A DNA stretch of 64,000 nucleotides from Octopus vulgaris. Taxonomy: Eukaryota. A model generated the notes under the pieces. The model was not told where the DNA came from. It ran no database searches and was given only the letters and a program-made list of their open reading frames with translations. Of this stretch, positions 41,744 to 54,253 are shown piece by piece (positions within the stretch are counted from its first letter, which is position 1; each line of letters begins with the position of its first letter). Both the position numbers and the translations under genes were made by a program. The stretch covers positions 46,066,001-46,130,000 of the forward strand of contig OX597830.1 in assembly GCA_951406725.2 (NCBI GenBank), read 5' to 3'.

Positions 41744-42864
41744 CTGGAAGAGAAGCAAAAACAACTTCAAAAATAAGGGGCAGAAGAAAAAACACAAAAT
41801 TATATAAGTTCATGTTATATCATCATCATAAGAATTAAATATTAATTTCTAACAATGGTACAAGGTCACAGGCTTTTTGCAAGAAAGATTACAACTGATT
41901 AAATTAACCTAGTATTTAAATGGTACTTTATTTAATTAAATAAGGTGGCAAGCTGGCAGAAACGTCAGCACGCCGGGCAAAATGCTTTGCGGTATTTCAT
42001 ACACCGCTGCGTTCTGAGTTCAAATTCTGCCAAGGTCGACTTTGCCTTTCATCCTTTCGGGGTCGATAAATTAAGTACCAGTTACGCACTGGAGTCGATG
42101 TAATCGACTTGATACGCTTGTCTGTCCTTGTTTGTTCCCTCTGTGTTTAGCCCCTTGTGGGTAGTAAAGAAATAGGTACTTTATTTAATTAATCCTGGAA
42201 AGATGAAAGACAAATTTGACTTCAACAGGATTTGAACTCAGAATATACAGGTCCACAACTGAACAACACAAGGAAATCTGCTAACCCATCACCCTCGCAT
42301 AAAAACTAAATATTAACATTGGATGTGACATAAAACAAAGAAATATTTAATTTAGTGAATTGATACACAAGTATAATTAAACTTTAACGAAACAAAAAAC
42401 ATTCAAAACGAAACAAAAAAAAACAATTTGAAGCCAAAACAAAATGACAAAATAACAATTCTAGGTACAGGCTGTGTGGTGAGAAGTTAGCCTCTCAACC
42501 ACATGGTTTCTGGTTCATTCCCACTGTGTGGCGCCTTGGACATGTGTCTTTTGCTATAGCCTCAGGCCAACCAAAGACTTGTGAGTGAATTTGGTAGACG
42601 GAAACTGAAAGAAGCCTGTTGTGTGTGTGTGCGTGTCTTTGTCCCTCACCACAGCTTGACAACCAGTGTTGGTTTGTTTATGTCCCCATAACTTAGCAAT
42701 TTAGCAAAAGAGACCAATAGAGTAAGTACCAGGCTTTAAAAAAACATTAATTCTGGAATCGATTCATTTGACTAAAAATTCTTCAAGGTGGTGCCCCAGC
42801 ATGGCCACAGACTAACGTCTGAAACAAGTTAAGAATAAACGGTAAATTAATGTTCGTGCCTTAC

Positions 42865-42940
42865 CTTGTCGGAGTTTTTCAACAGCATCTTCTTTGGAAA
42901 GGTTCTCATGAAAACACATTGAACTCAAAACATCGTCTGT
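42865..42940 (-). CDS. RASA1: Exon 6, start of C-SH2 (TDDVLSSMCFHENLSKEDAVEKLRQ)
   Basis: T7ag| acceptor, |gtaag donor; phase 0 to 1. Confidence 0.88.
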
Positions 42941-43953
42941 CTAAAAAAAGTAGAAAATTATACGAAATGTGAGATGAGAAATCAAGTGGAAGATGTGTGA
43001 AATGTTGAACTTTTCTATCATCATCATCATCATCATTTAACGTCCGTTTCCCGTGCTGGTATAGGTTGGACGGTTTGACTGGGATCTGGGAAGCCAGGAG
43101 GCTGCACCAGGCTCCAGTCTGATCTGGCAGTGTTTCTATATCTGGATGCCCTTCCTAATGCCAACCACTCCGTGAGTGTAGTGGGTGCTATTTACATGCC
43201 ACCGGCACGGTGGTGTTAAAGTCAGAATGTAGTCCTGTAGTACTTGTCTTATCCTCTCTCAACAGTTAGTGTATTGAATATTGTCATAGATTTATCACAT
43301 AATGCCTTTTTATAGGATATTACATTAGTGTAGAAAAAGAAATATCCACAAAGTGAAATAGATGAAGACATTTAAATCATCATCATCATCGTTTAACGTC
43401 CGTTTTCCATGTTGGCATGGGTTGGACGATTCGACTGGGGTCTATCTTCTTAATAGGAGTCAATTAACTTAACTAATGAAATAATGATGTAACAAAATTA
43501 GTCTTCACATCAGCATCTGTGACCAACATGAATAACCCTACAAATACATCGTATCATTTAGTATTATCAATCATCCTCTGTTTTCCATGCTGGCATGGGT
43601 TAGATGGTTTGAGAGGGACTGGCAAGGCTGGAGGGCTGCACCAGGCTCCTGTTGTCTATGGTTGAATGTCCTTCCTAATGCCAACCACTTCACAAAGTGT
43701 ATTGAGTGCTTTTCACATAGTGCCAGCATGGATGCTTTTTAATGAAAATCAACAGAGAACCTTTACATACGTTAAATAGAATAGAAATCTTTTACACAAA
43801 ACAACATTTGAATTTTTCACGGCACACAACCCACCATTAAATTGGATGTAACAGCAAATCTGAATATTCAGATATTCTTCAAGTAAATAGTCCATAATTT
43901 CAAAATTGAAATGATACCCATTTCAATGCCAGGTAGACTAAAACAAGTAGTGT

Positions 43954-44415
43954 CATTATTTACATTTGACAGATATTTGTCCTCATCTTGTTTGTTGTTA
44001 ACACAACGTTGCAGCTGATATACCCTCCGGCCTCTTCAGGTGTCTTGGGGAAATTTTGAACCTGGGTCCTCATTCCTAAGGTATTTTTCAATGTTATTAT
44101 TATTGTTGTTGTTGTTGTTGTTGTTCAGGTCACTGCCTGGAATTGAACTCGGAATCTTGGGATTAGTAGCCTGCGCTACTAACCCCAAGATTCCAAGTTC
44201 GATTCCAGGCAGTGACCTGAATGATGATGATGATGATGACAACAACAACATTGAAAAATACCTTAGGAATGAGAATCCAGGTTCGATATTTCCCCAAGAC
44301 ACCTGATGGAGGGTATATCAGCCGAAACGTTGTGTTAACAACAAACAATTTGAGGACAAATATCTGTCAAATGTAAATAATGTACATAATTCCTCATGTC
44401 TTAAATATAGAACTG
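43954..44415. mobile_element. Head-to-head fold-back insertion of the same SINE/PLE-like family
   Basis: Arms at 43954-44170 and 44175-44382, 4-nt spacer, 33-nt extra tail, 9-bp TSD AAGTAGTGT (43945-43953 and 44416-44424). Confidence 0.8.
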
Positions 44416-44907
44416 AAGTAGTGTAATTAAACGTTACTTCTGGTCAAGACACTCTTTATTGTGCTGGTGCCATAAAAAAATGTACCAGGTAGACTCTGTA
44501 AAGAGGTTAAGGTTAAGAGCACCCAGCTATAGAAACCAAATCAAATTTGAGACAATGACATCAATTTATATAAAGGAAAAAAAAATTAAGAATCTAATTT
44601 AATGAAATATTAAATGTAAATGACAATAAGAATATTTGTTTAATTTTCAACTATAAAATAATAAAAGGAAATTTGTTGGTCTCTAAAAGTATAAATGGCT
44701 TTAATTATTATTTGAAGGATAAAATCTAACAATGAAGGGAGTTAAAATTTTAACAATAATTTTCTACATGTAATCTAAAAATCAGATTTGCTTAAATTTT
44801 TTCAAATTTTTGAGTGAAAAGTTTATGAAATTTTGACTAACAAAAGCCGTTTCAAAATCTTTCTGTAGAAAATTCAATGGAATTTAAAAAACAAAAAAGA
44901 AACTTAC

Positions 44908-45022
44908 TAAGTCTTCTACTAATGGTTGGTACACTATACCACTTTCTCCTGTTTTTTCTGAAGTCACCCAATAGGTCTCGTCAAGTACATCACGAACAAT
45001 AAAAATTTCTCCTTTTTCAAAA
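44908..45022 (-). CDS. RASA1: Exon 5, SH3 (FEKGEIFIVRDVLDETYWVT...LVEDL)
   Basis: ttcag| acceptor, |gtaagt donor; in frame. Confidence 0.93.
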
Positions 45023-45452
45023 CTGAATCCATGAAAAAATTAAAAATAAAAAAGAAAACTCCAATTATTTCTTCAATGTTCAAAAACAACAGCAAATAGC
45101 AATTAAAGCTATTGGGATTTGTAAGAAATTATTAATGTAAACTAGTATGTTATATTAGAAGCTTCTTGCAACAGAATATAGTTCTCAAGACATTTCTTAT
45201 TCAATCTGACCAATTCAAAAGAGGAGTAGTCTTTCTCTCATCAGAAATTTCAGATGAAAATTCATATTCACTCTACTTTATACATACATACTATATACAT
45301 ACACATTAACGAGTGACAGTGATTTTGCTGTTTTGAAAAAGTCGCATTTGTCAGGCAACCTGAGAAAAGTCACTAAGCTAAAACTTCAAAGTTACTATCA
45401 ACCTTTTCCTTTTACATAACGATATTGAGTGATTCTTCAATTAATGCTTGAC

Positions 45453-45488
<36 letters not shown>

Positions 45489-46784
45489 GTTCATAAAATT
45501 TTACATAAAAACACACACACACACACACACACAACTGTTATATTCCATTTCCCTTTATTTCTATTTGGTAATAATTATTTTTTATAATGTCATTATTTAT
45601 CAAAGCTTTTCCTCAGACACTTACAAGCTGGGGTCATTAATATTTGTTCCACTCAATTACAGTAGTCAGTTCTTAAAGGCTGCTGTACACATGCTTTTCA
45701 ATTGACTTTTGATTAAATAACCAAGATGAGTTACTATTAACTTATAATTTTTCAAACTTTCAGTTTAGATATAGATGTAATTTTTTTTTTTTTTTTCTAT
45801 TTTCATCGATGTAAACATTAAACAGTTTTTCATCTTCTAAAAATGACGATCACAGTTTAAACAATTATTATCAGATTCACAATGACTCACCTCAGCCATT
45901 TCTGCATTTAATTTATTCTCGTTATGGGCCGAAAGTTTAACATTCATATAAATATAAAAAATATTTTCAGGTTTCCAAATGAGGTTAATTGTTTAAAAAA
46001 TAATGACAATTTCAACAGTCATATTTGTATTTTTTCTTCTTTTTTTTTTTCTTATTTTCTTGTTTCCCCTCTTACCATTTTCTTTTTCCTTGCTGATGTC
46101 TTGACATGCCATTATATATATATATATATATATGCACACACCACACACACACACATATATATAAAGAGAGATTTCCTTTCTTCAATACATTGAACATTCA
46201 TTCTCCCAACCTCACTCCTATTCTCTTATTCTAGAAATTGGTGGAATGGTAAGACAGGCAGGGCTTTCATTACATTCTACTTCCTTTCACTAATGTTTTT
46301 CTTTTCCTTTCCCTTTCTTTTTTATTGATATCTATTTCCTTTTACTGAACAACACACGCCTCGGCCTTTCCAGCTACTCAATATATGTATACAGATGTGT
46401 AGCATAGGAAGTAGATTGAGATAAAAGTAGAATTTGGAATTAATTTGAAAAAAAAAAGAAGATTTTTAACTGAAAAATAGTGACCTTAACTTCCGATGCA
46501 CCTCAACAAAATACTAAATTAACGAGAGAGTCTCTGTAGAGTTGCAAGAGAAGCTAGAAATTGCAAACACATCTACAAATCTCATCCAACTTACACAAAG
46601 GATACACTGGATAATCTAATTTTAAATTCATTATGTCTGAAATAAAGACAAGATGGTCAAGACTGGAATGGCTTTCATTATAAGCCTGCCATATCAGAGC
46701 TAATCTCAAAGTAAAGAACAATACACTGGTAGTGATGTTGGACGACTTAACATCCATTAATCTGCAACAGGAGAGAAACAAAAC

Positions 46785-46964
46785 AACCCTCATATAAGCA
46801 GTGGCACTATGCTTAACCCTCATATAAGCAGTGTCACTTTGCTTAACCCTCATATAAGCAGTGGCACTTTGCTTTACCCTCATATAAGCAGTGGCACTAT
46901 ACTTAACCCTCATATAAGCAGTGGCACTTTGCTTTACCCTCATATAAGCAGTGGCACTTTGCTT
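46785..46964. repeat. 30-bp minisatellite, 6 copies
   Basis: Unit (A/T)ACCCTCATATAAGCAGTGGCACT(A/T)TGCTT. Confidence 0.9.
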
Positions 46965-47222
46965 TCTGTCAAACTACTTTTTGGTTTGTGAAAATTGTAT
47001 TACGCTCCTTTTTTTAATGTTTTTTTTTCTTTTTCACAAGAATTAGTTTCACATAAGTAGGATAAAGTATGCCAGCAAACAGTAACTTATGTAATTCTCT
47101 GTCGACATTAATCATTTCAAAATGTTTGGTACATATTTTATATTTGCTTAAATATTCTTAGAAGCATTTAAAAGATTTCCATTTAAAGTTCCAAAGGTAA
47201 AACAAACCTGACAGGTACTTAC

Positions 47223-47293
47223 CTGAGCTCATCAGTGTCGGGCATTCCACTGAATGGGAGGATGGCAATAACTTTCCGACAATCATCTACAGG
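47223..47293 (-). CDS. RASA1: Exon 4, start of SH3 (PVDDCRKVIAILPFSGMPDTDELS)
   Basis: ccag| acceptor, |gtaagt donor; PDTDE motif. Confidence 0.95.
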
Positions 47294-47737
47294 CTGGAGA
47301 TAAAATGTGAAGGGTTTAATGAAGGCATGAATTTTTGAAATAAAGGAAATTGTCTATAAAGCTTTTATGCTAAACCAAAATTGATTCCAGGATATATTGC
47401 TGTCACAATAGAAATTCAAATATTTTTTCTAGAAATATATTTTTGACAGGATCAAGATCTTCAAATGTGTGTGTGTGTGTGTGTAGGGGGATAGAGTTTA
47501 TATATTTTATTCACATTTACATGTAGTTGACAGACAGCTAAGATATAGAAGTGGCTTGAAGGTGTGTATAGTGTATGAAGAAAGTTCCCTGAATTGGTAC
47601 TAATGGTGATAATGATAGATAAACGTAAAGTCTTGCAGTAAAAAGCTAAATGCTTTCAGGCAATCAGCTACAAAAATATTTCACTTGAGATTTCTAGATA
47701 CAAAATCAATTTTTATTTAAAAAAACAAATAACTTGC

Positions 47738-47873
47738 CTCTGGTGGTGCCACTGGTTCCTGCAGCTGTTCCCCTTTCAACAAATATGAACACCTCGTATA
47801 ATAGCCTATAAGCAGAGATAAACTGTCAAACTGGCGGCCACCAATATAATAGTCACCACATAAGTATGAGATC
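47738..47873 (-). CDS. RASA1: Exon 3, end of N-SH2 (ISYLCGDYYIGGRQFDSL...PVAPPE)
   Basis: tttag| acceptor; donor GAG|gcaagt (GC-AG intron). Confidence 0.95.
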
Positions 47874-47972
47874 CTAAAAGAAAACAAATAATTCCAAATA
47901 AATACAAAAGAAATGAGAAGCAAATAAAAATACAATTCTCTTGTTTCAATAGAAAAATAGTTTCAATCTTAC

Positions 47973-48122
47973 CGGAAATGGTTTAATCCAGTTTTGCCAA
48001 AATATGATAAGACATAAGATCCGGGCTTACTTTGGCTCTCCCGTACCAAATAAGATCCAACCAATCCAGCTTTCCGCAACCGTTCCTCTGCAGTTCGACG
48101 ATCCAAAGAGCCATGGTACCAT
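47973..48122 (-). CDS. RASA1: Exon 2, N-SH2 (WYHGSLDRRTAEERLRKAGLVGSYLVRES...HFR)
   Basis: tttag| acceptor, |gtaag donor; SH2 WYHG and YLVRES motifs. Confidence 0.96.
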
Positions 48123-48642
48123 CTAAAGAATTAAAAAGAATCACCAATAGTAATATACTTCATAACATTTCAAGTTGTAGGTTGTTGAAGATATAATAAA
48201 TATCTTCAACAACCTACAAATATAGTTAAACTGTAGGTTTTGGGGAGTTTTTTCCCCTTTTATCAACAGAATGAAATTCTAACTAAAAGAGATAACATTT
48301 ATGACATTTTTCACAAAAACAGAATTCAGCATCCAATTCCTTTCAACCTTATATTAATATGTTAGCATAATGGTAGAAGAGGCTTGAGGAAATTTGGTTA
48401 CATTCAGGTCTCTCAACTTTCACTTGGAAGCCCAGTTTTAACAAAACTTATTTCATAGTTACTTAATATCCAACTTTTCAAAAAAATTCTATCACTTTAA
48501 TATTCTTTGTTGAAAACAGAATAAACAAAGGTTAATAATTTGTCAGTTTTAGTAAATTATACGAGCAATTTCTATAGACATCACTTACTTTTACAGTTTC
48601 TCTCTGAAGAAATAAGTAAATTTTAGCTTCCTTAGATAAATA

Positions 48643-48676
<34 letters not shown>

Positions 48677-49678
48677 GCAGTGTTGCATTGCTAAAGACTA
48701 ACTTCTTTGAATATGCTTGTGCTACATTTCTAACAATAACGTCTGTTAATTCTTCTCCAAGCCTTCCTTTTAACTTTGTGGGCTAAAAACAAAGTTATTT
48801 TTGTATGCCTGAATGTGAACAAGACAGCAAGCTAGTGATGTCAACTGCCTCATTCAGACAATTTTTTAACTAAACCCTAATTAATTGATTTAACCCTTCT
48901 GTTATAATCCCAAGTTATACTCATTAGAAAATAATTAACAAAAATTACAATATCTCATTAATAACTTAGGATACTCTTAGAACCATTTTCTTTGATGTTC
49001 CCATCATCACTCATTAAAATGTGACTTTAAATTTTCTCTATATCTCTAGTTGACCTTACATACATTACAAAATGCTGATATGGAAAAAAATTATATTTTT
49101 ATACACATTTTTCATGAAATAAAGATAAAGAGTTAAAGTTTGTGTTGACCTATTTCTACTGAAATAAGCAAACTCAAATCTAATCTAATTTTTAACTACC
49201 AGCCCATATTGCATGAGGAATTTCATGCCGATGCTTAAGGAATTACGGGTCTTCACATAGTTGCTCAACCTGTTCTTAATAGCAGCCAAATTTGCATCAG
49301 AGCACTCCCTGCTATTCTATAAAAAGGAAGGACATATTAAACGATTCATCTCTGGTAAACAAAATGGCAAGATGACCACAATTGAAACAAGTGTGATCAG
49401 AAGATTGCTCAATGACAGCAGTAATTAGGAATTTAAAAACCACCAGAGTATCAATGGTAATAATAATATTTCATAGTAAGAGAAAATATCATCATCGTCA
49501 TCATCATACACAGTATGTTCAGAAATTCCTGACACTAATTTTTAACAATATCAATTTTAAATTTTTAGTCATCAAGTAAATCACCAAGCACTAATTAGGC
49601 TGTTTAGGTAATTTATCTAATAGCTCTTTTGAAAATTGTGTGTCAGTGTGTACATACATATACATAGATACATACATG

Positions 49679-49709
<31 letters not shown>

Positions 49710-51378
49710 ACATACATACGTCCATCAATAGATTGCATGTACTGTTTGCTGGTCTATTAAATTAAACATCCAGCAACACTGACGAGATGCAACTTCAACC
49801 AGTGCACTTACTATTCAGTCTATATAATATTAAATAAGTGTTTATTTTTAATTTTTTTTATCTGCTGCCGTCTGTGAATCCAGAGCAACAACTAAAACAT
49901 TATTCTTCGCCATGTTTATCCTGAAGCCATAACTGATCAAATTTCTCACTAATTTCTTTTATGAGAAATTCTCTTACACAGAACCTCTTCTTTGCCTGCC
50001 AATTTATAGCATGTGACTCAAATATATTGTCTAGATGAGCAAAAAGATAAAGTGCAATAGTTTGTATGTCTTGAAATCAAGGAACATGACACTAGTGGTC
50101 TCTCACACTGATACAAAACCAAATTGTGTATTGTTTAACATAATATGTCTTTGTACTAACTCATCAAGCACACTCTAATTCCTTCGCCTGTCCTCAATAG
50201 TCATATCTCCCACAACCCTTACCATTAGACAGTACATGCTTCTGTTTACATATCTGGAATTATACTACTGATACTGAGAGTAATTTCCTCATTACACTTC
50301 ATATAAATATAGAACAGCAGTTTTGAAGGAAACCTTTTCATTCTAGTCACACAAACATCATCACTTCTTAAGCAGCTTACACTCATTTCACCACAGAATC
50401 ATGGTATTTATATGAAGTGTTGGAACAAGTATGCTTTTTTTTTTGTTTTTGTTTTTTGGGTTTTTTTTTTTTAATCAAGCTATCTTACAAGCTTTAACCC
50501 TTTAGTGTTCAGATTACTCTGTTAAATGTAAGACTTTTTTCACTCAAATCGTTTTGAATTAATCATGCATTATCTTATAGCTTTGAAGTTTCAATGGTAT
50601 GATAGTTTATTCTTAGAATGTTAATGTAGGTTAGGTGTGAGAGGCTAAATATGGCCAGTTTGAATGTAAAAACATATAGGATATTTGGGCCGGATATGGC
50701 CGGCTTAAACACCAAAGGGTTAATTACCCAACCATGATCAGCTTAAAAATTAGGAACCAATTCAAATGAAATTATTGTGAACACAATATTACAGATAGGT
50801 TCTTGACCAAGAAATATGCATAAATTATTAGGCACAGAAATTATTCAAAGAAAAGGAAAAGCTTTAGTAAATTCTGAATTGAGGAAGAAATAATTATTAA
50901 TTGTAGAACTATTAATTATAATCTTCATCCTTACAATGCCATCAAATATTCAAGGAATTCAAGACTTTCCATATCAACCACCATCATCATCATCCTCATT
51001 ATATAACATCTTGTTTTCCATGCTGGCATGGGTTGGACAGTTTGACAAGAGCTGGCAAGCCAGAAAGCTACAGCAGGTTCACATCGTCTGTTTCCACATG
51101 GTTTCTACTGCTGGGAAGCCCTTCCTGATGCCAACCACTTTATAAAATGTACTGGGTGCTTTTTATGTGGCACCAGCACCAGTGTTTTTTATGTGGCATC
51201 TACAGTAAATAGTTAAAAGCACACAGGATTTTGGTTGTTCCTTAGTTACAGTTGTAGATGTGAATGATGGAGAGAGAGAGAGAGAGAGAGAGATCGACAA
51301 GCAAAGATGAAATTAGCTATCAAACAGAATATATATTGATAGCAAGCAATAGAAAATGAAATTGTCATGGTCCCCTTT

Positions 51379-51412
<34 letters not shown>

Positions 51413-53589
51413 CAGGTGGTCAATGAACAAAGTAGTTAAAGCATTAATTAGAATAATTTTGCAATATCTATTCTGGTCCCCTACACTCCAAGTTCAAACT
51501 CTATCAAGATCAACTTTGCCTCTCATTTATTTGGGGGTTAAAGAATAAAATGCCAGTCAAGTACTGCGGTTGATTCTCGTCTCTCTGAAAGAAAGTCATA
51601 TGCTCAGATCTGGACAAAGACTCTGTCAGAAGTTGAGAAGTCCATCATAACCCACCATACACAAACACATAAGCATATAAACACATAGGCACACACATAG
51701 ACATACACACAGAGCACTGTGAGTGTTGATTATAAGATTGAAGGCTGAGTCAGAAATTCCTCACCAGTTGAATGATGATGCTTGCCAACCATCATTACTT
51801 TCTTTTTACATTTGCCCTTCAAGGTACCACAAGCTGAAGAGTGCAGGGTACTGTATGTGATTTTGCCATGTCTCTTAATACACACACACACACACAAAAC
51901 AGACATCGTATCTGAGAGGGCCAACATTTTAAACATTTTCATTCACAGTATGCCTTTCACAATGGATACGTTCACCCAGCACAAGAACAAAGCAGATCCT
52001 GTGTGGTCCCTCAACCTGCGAGAAGTAATAGTCAAATTTCTTCAAAACCACCATACTATCTTAAAAAAGGAGAGACACATTTCAGTCTGAGATCTGCAGA
52101 CCCTTGGGGTTGGGGAAGGGTCCATAGGGGTAGTAACAGGGGTCAGAGAGCTTAATTCAAAATTTGTTGAAGAGACACCTTTGAAAACCTAGGAAAGTCT
52201 GTATATAAAAAAAGGCTTTTAGTAGCAAAAAGGTTGGAAACCACAGTTCTAGATATATATATATATACTGACACTCCGTCAGTTATGGGAGTCAGTCAAG
52301 TGTTCCATTTGACCCAATCAACAGAAGAACCTGCTCGCGAAATTAATGTGCAAATGGCTGAGCACTCCACAGACATGTAGTTGTCAGGGAGATTCAGCAT
52401 GAAACCGAATGTGACAAGGGTTAAAGTCCTTTGAAATACAGGTACTATTCACTTTTGCCAGCCAGGTGGACTAGAGCATCGGAAAAATAAAGTGTCTTGC
52501 TCAAGGACACACTTTGCCACCAAGAAAATTGAACTCATGACTGAGAGCACCCAAACCACTGAGCCATACACCTGCACCTGAGATCTACAGTGACAGAGTC
52601 ACCTCACCTAGGCTACTTTGACCCATAGCTCCAACTTTGGGCCAAACAATAAAAATTCTGTAGTAAGAACATTGCCAAAAAACAAATTTCCTGCTTATAT
52701 CAATACTTTCTCAACTCTTTCTAATCAACCATTCTCATATCCAATGAATCTCATAACAACTGATTTACAATAGTTAATCCCACACAGAACCAGATTCAAC
52801 GTCTACCTTGCATACAAAGAGAAAACTTCTCTATTGCCAACAGTGATAACATGTAACTTTTTTTTTTTCTACCCACACGGTCCTTAGCCCCTTATATAAA
52901 TACTTGCTCATACTGTTGTTAGCTTTTCTGGTGTTTCTAGTTACTTCATTCTTTTGATTTCCTGCCAGTCTAACAGAGACTTTGCTGTCTCTTTTATGAA
53001 GTCAGTTTGAAAAGATAACACAATACAGAATTTTTGCATTTTCCACTCCCACGTAAACAAAACCATTTCCCTAGTGATATTAATAATCTGGATATTGACC
53101 ATGTAATCACCAAACAACACTAGTTCTAAAGCACTTTGTGATGGCATCAAGGACCAGGATGAAAAGAAGTGAATGAGAGACAATATTAAACCAACAAGCC
53201 CACTAATGGGCTTGTTGTTATTTTCTCACAAGAATTGACATTATTTACATTTAAAATGTTACAAGTAAATAAATTCTTAATTAGTTAAGTTGGCTGGATA
53301 TCTCTCCATTCATTTTAGATAAAGAAATTCAAAGGATTGCTTTGGTATGATGGAGGAACATCAGTCATGTTCACACAAGGTGTGGGTTTCAGTTCCATGG
53401 GCAACCTTTGACTTTTCCATCCAAAGGACTTTTCTTTAACCCAGTTCAACTTTGCTGTTTGTTATAGTTTTATCTACTTGGAATTCCACTGTTAAAAATG
53501 ATTTATTTCATACCTCTCTAAGTTTCTAAATTCTTCTGACATAAACACAATATAAATACATACACACACACATATATATATAGGATATA

Positions 53590-54140
53590 TGAGAGATACG
53601 ACTGTGCTGATATGGTCATGTGGTGAGAATGGATAAGGATAGCTGTGTGAAAAAGTGCCACACCCTAGAGGTTGAGGGAACCTGTAGAAGCGGTAGACCC
53701 AGGAAGACCTGGGATGAGATGATGAAGCATGACCTTCAAACATTAGGCCTCACCGACGCAATGACTAGTGACCGAGACCTTTGGAAATATGCTGTGCTTG
53801 AGAAGACCCGGCAAGCCAAGTGAGACCATAATCTTGTGGCCTATGCCAGGGGTGTAACTAGCCCACTTATGCGTACCTTTCCTTCATTGGACACTAAACT
53901 CTGCTTGCGAAGACCTGTTGAGGCAAGTGAAATCAAAATCAAATTCGATGACTGGCATCCGTTTTAGTGGAGCACTAAGAGTACCATCTGATCATGATCG
54001 TTGCCAGAGTGGCTAACTGGCTTCTGTGCTGGTGGCACATAAAAAGCACCACTCAAGCCTGATCATTACCAGTGTCACTTTTCTGGCACATGTGCTGGTG
54101 ACACGTGAAAAAACATTTGAGCAAGGTCGTTGCCAGTGTT
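53590..54140 (+). mobile_element. RTE-clade LINE 3' end with 3' UTR
   Basis: LRWYGHVVRM-like sequence followed by GRPRKTWDE. Related fragments lie at 25990-26135, 29640-29890, 11100-11830 (-) and 31480-31860 (-). Confidence 0.75.
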
Positions 54141-54253
54141 AATCTAAACGAATACGTACGCTGAGTAAGTGCTATAATTGGTCATCCGTTAGGTTCCAAG
54201 TTCACAGCTGAGACTGGAGCTGGGGATCTGTATTAAGCTGCTGTGTTAGCAGG

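Noticed and set aside
44036-44306. Two nearly identical 88-aa ORFs on opposite strands
   Set aside because: A consequence of the fold-back repeat, not a gene.
46554-46991. ORFs with MRVKQSATAY and LNPHISSGT repeats; also a CRISPR-like look
   Set aside because: These are translations of the 30-bp minisatellite. There are no unique spacers and the context is eukaryotic.
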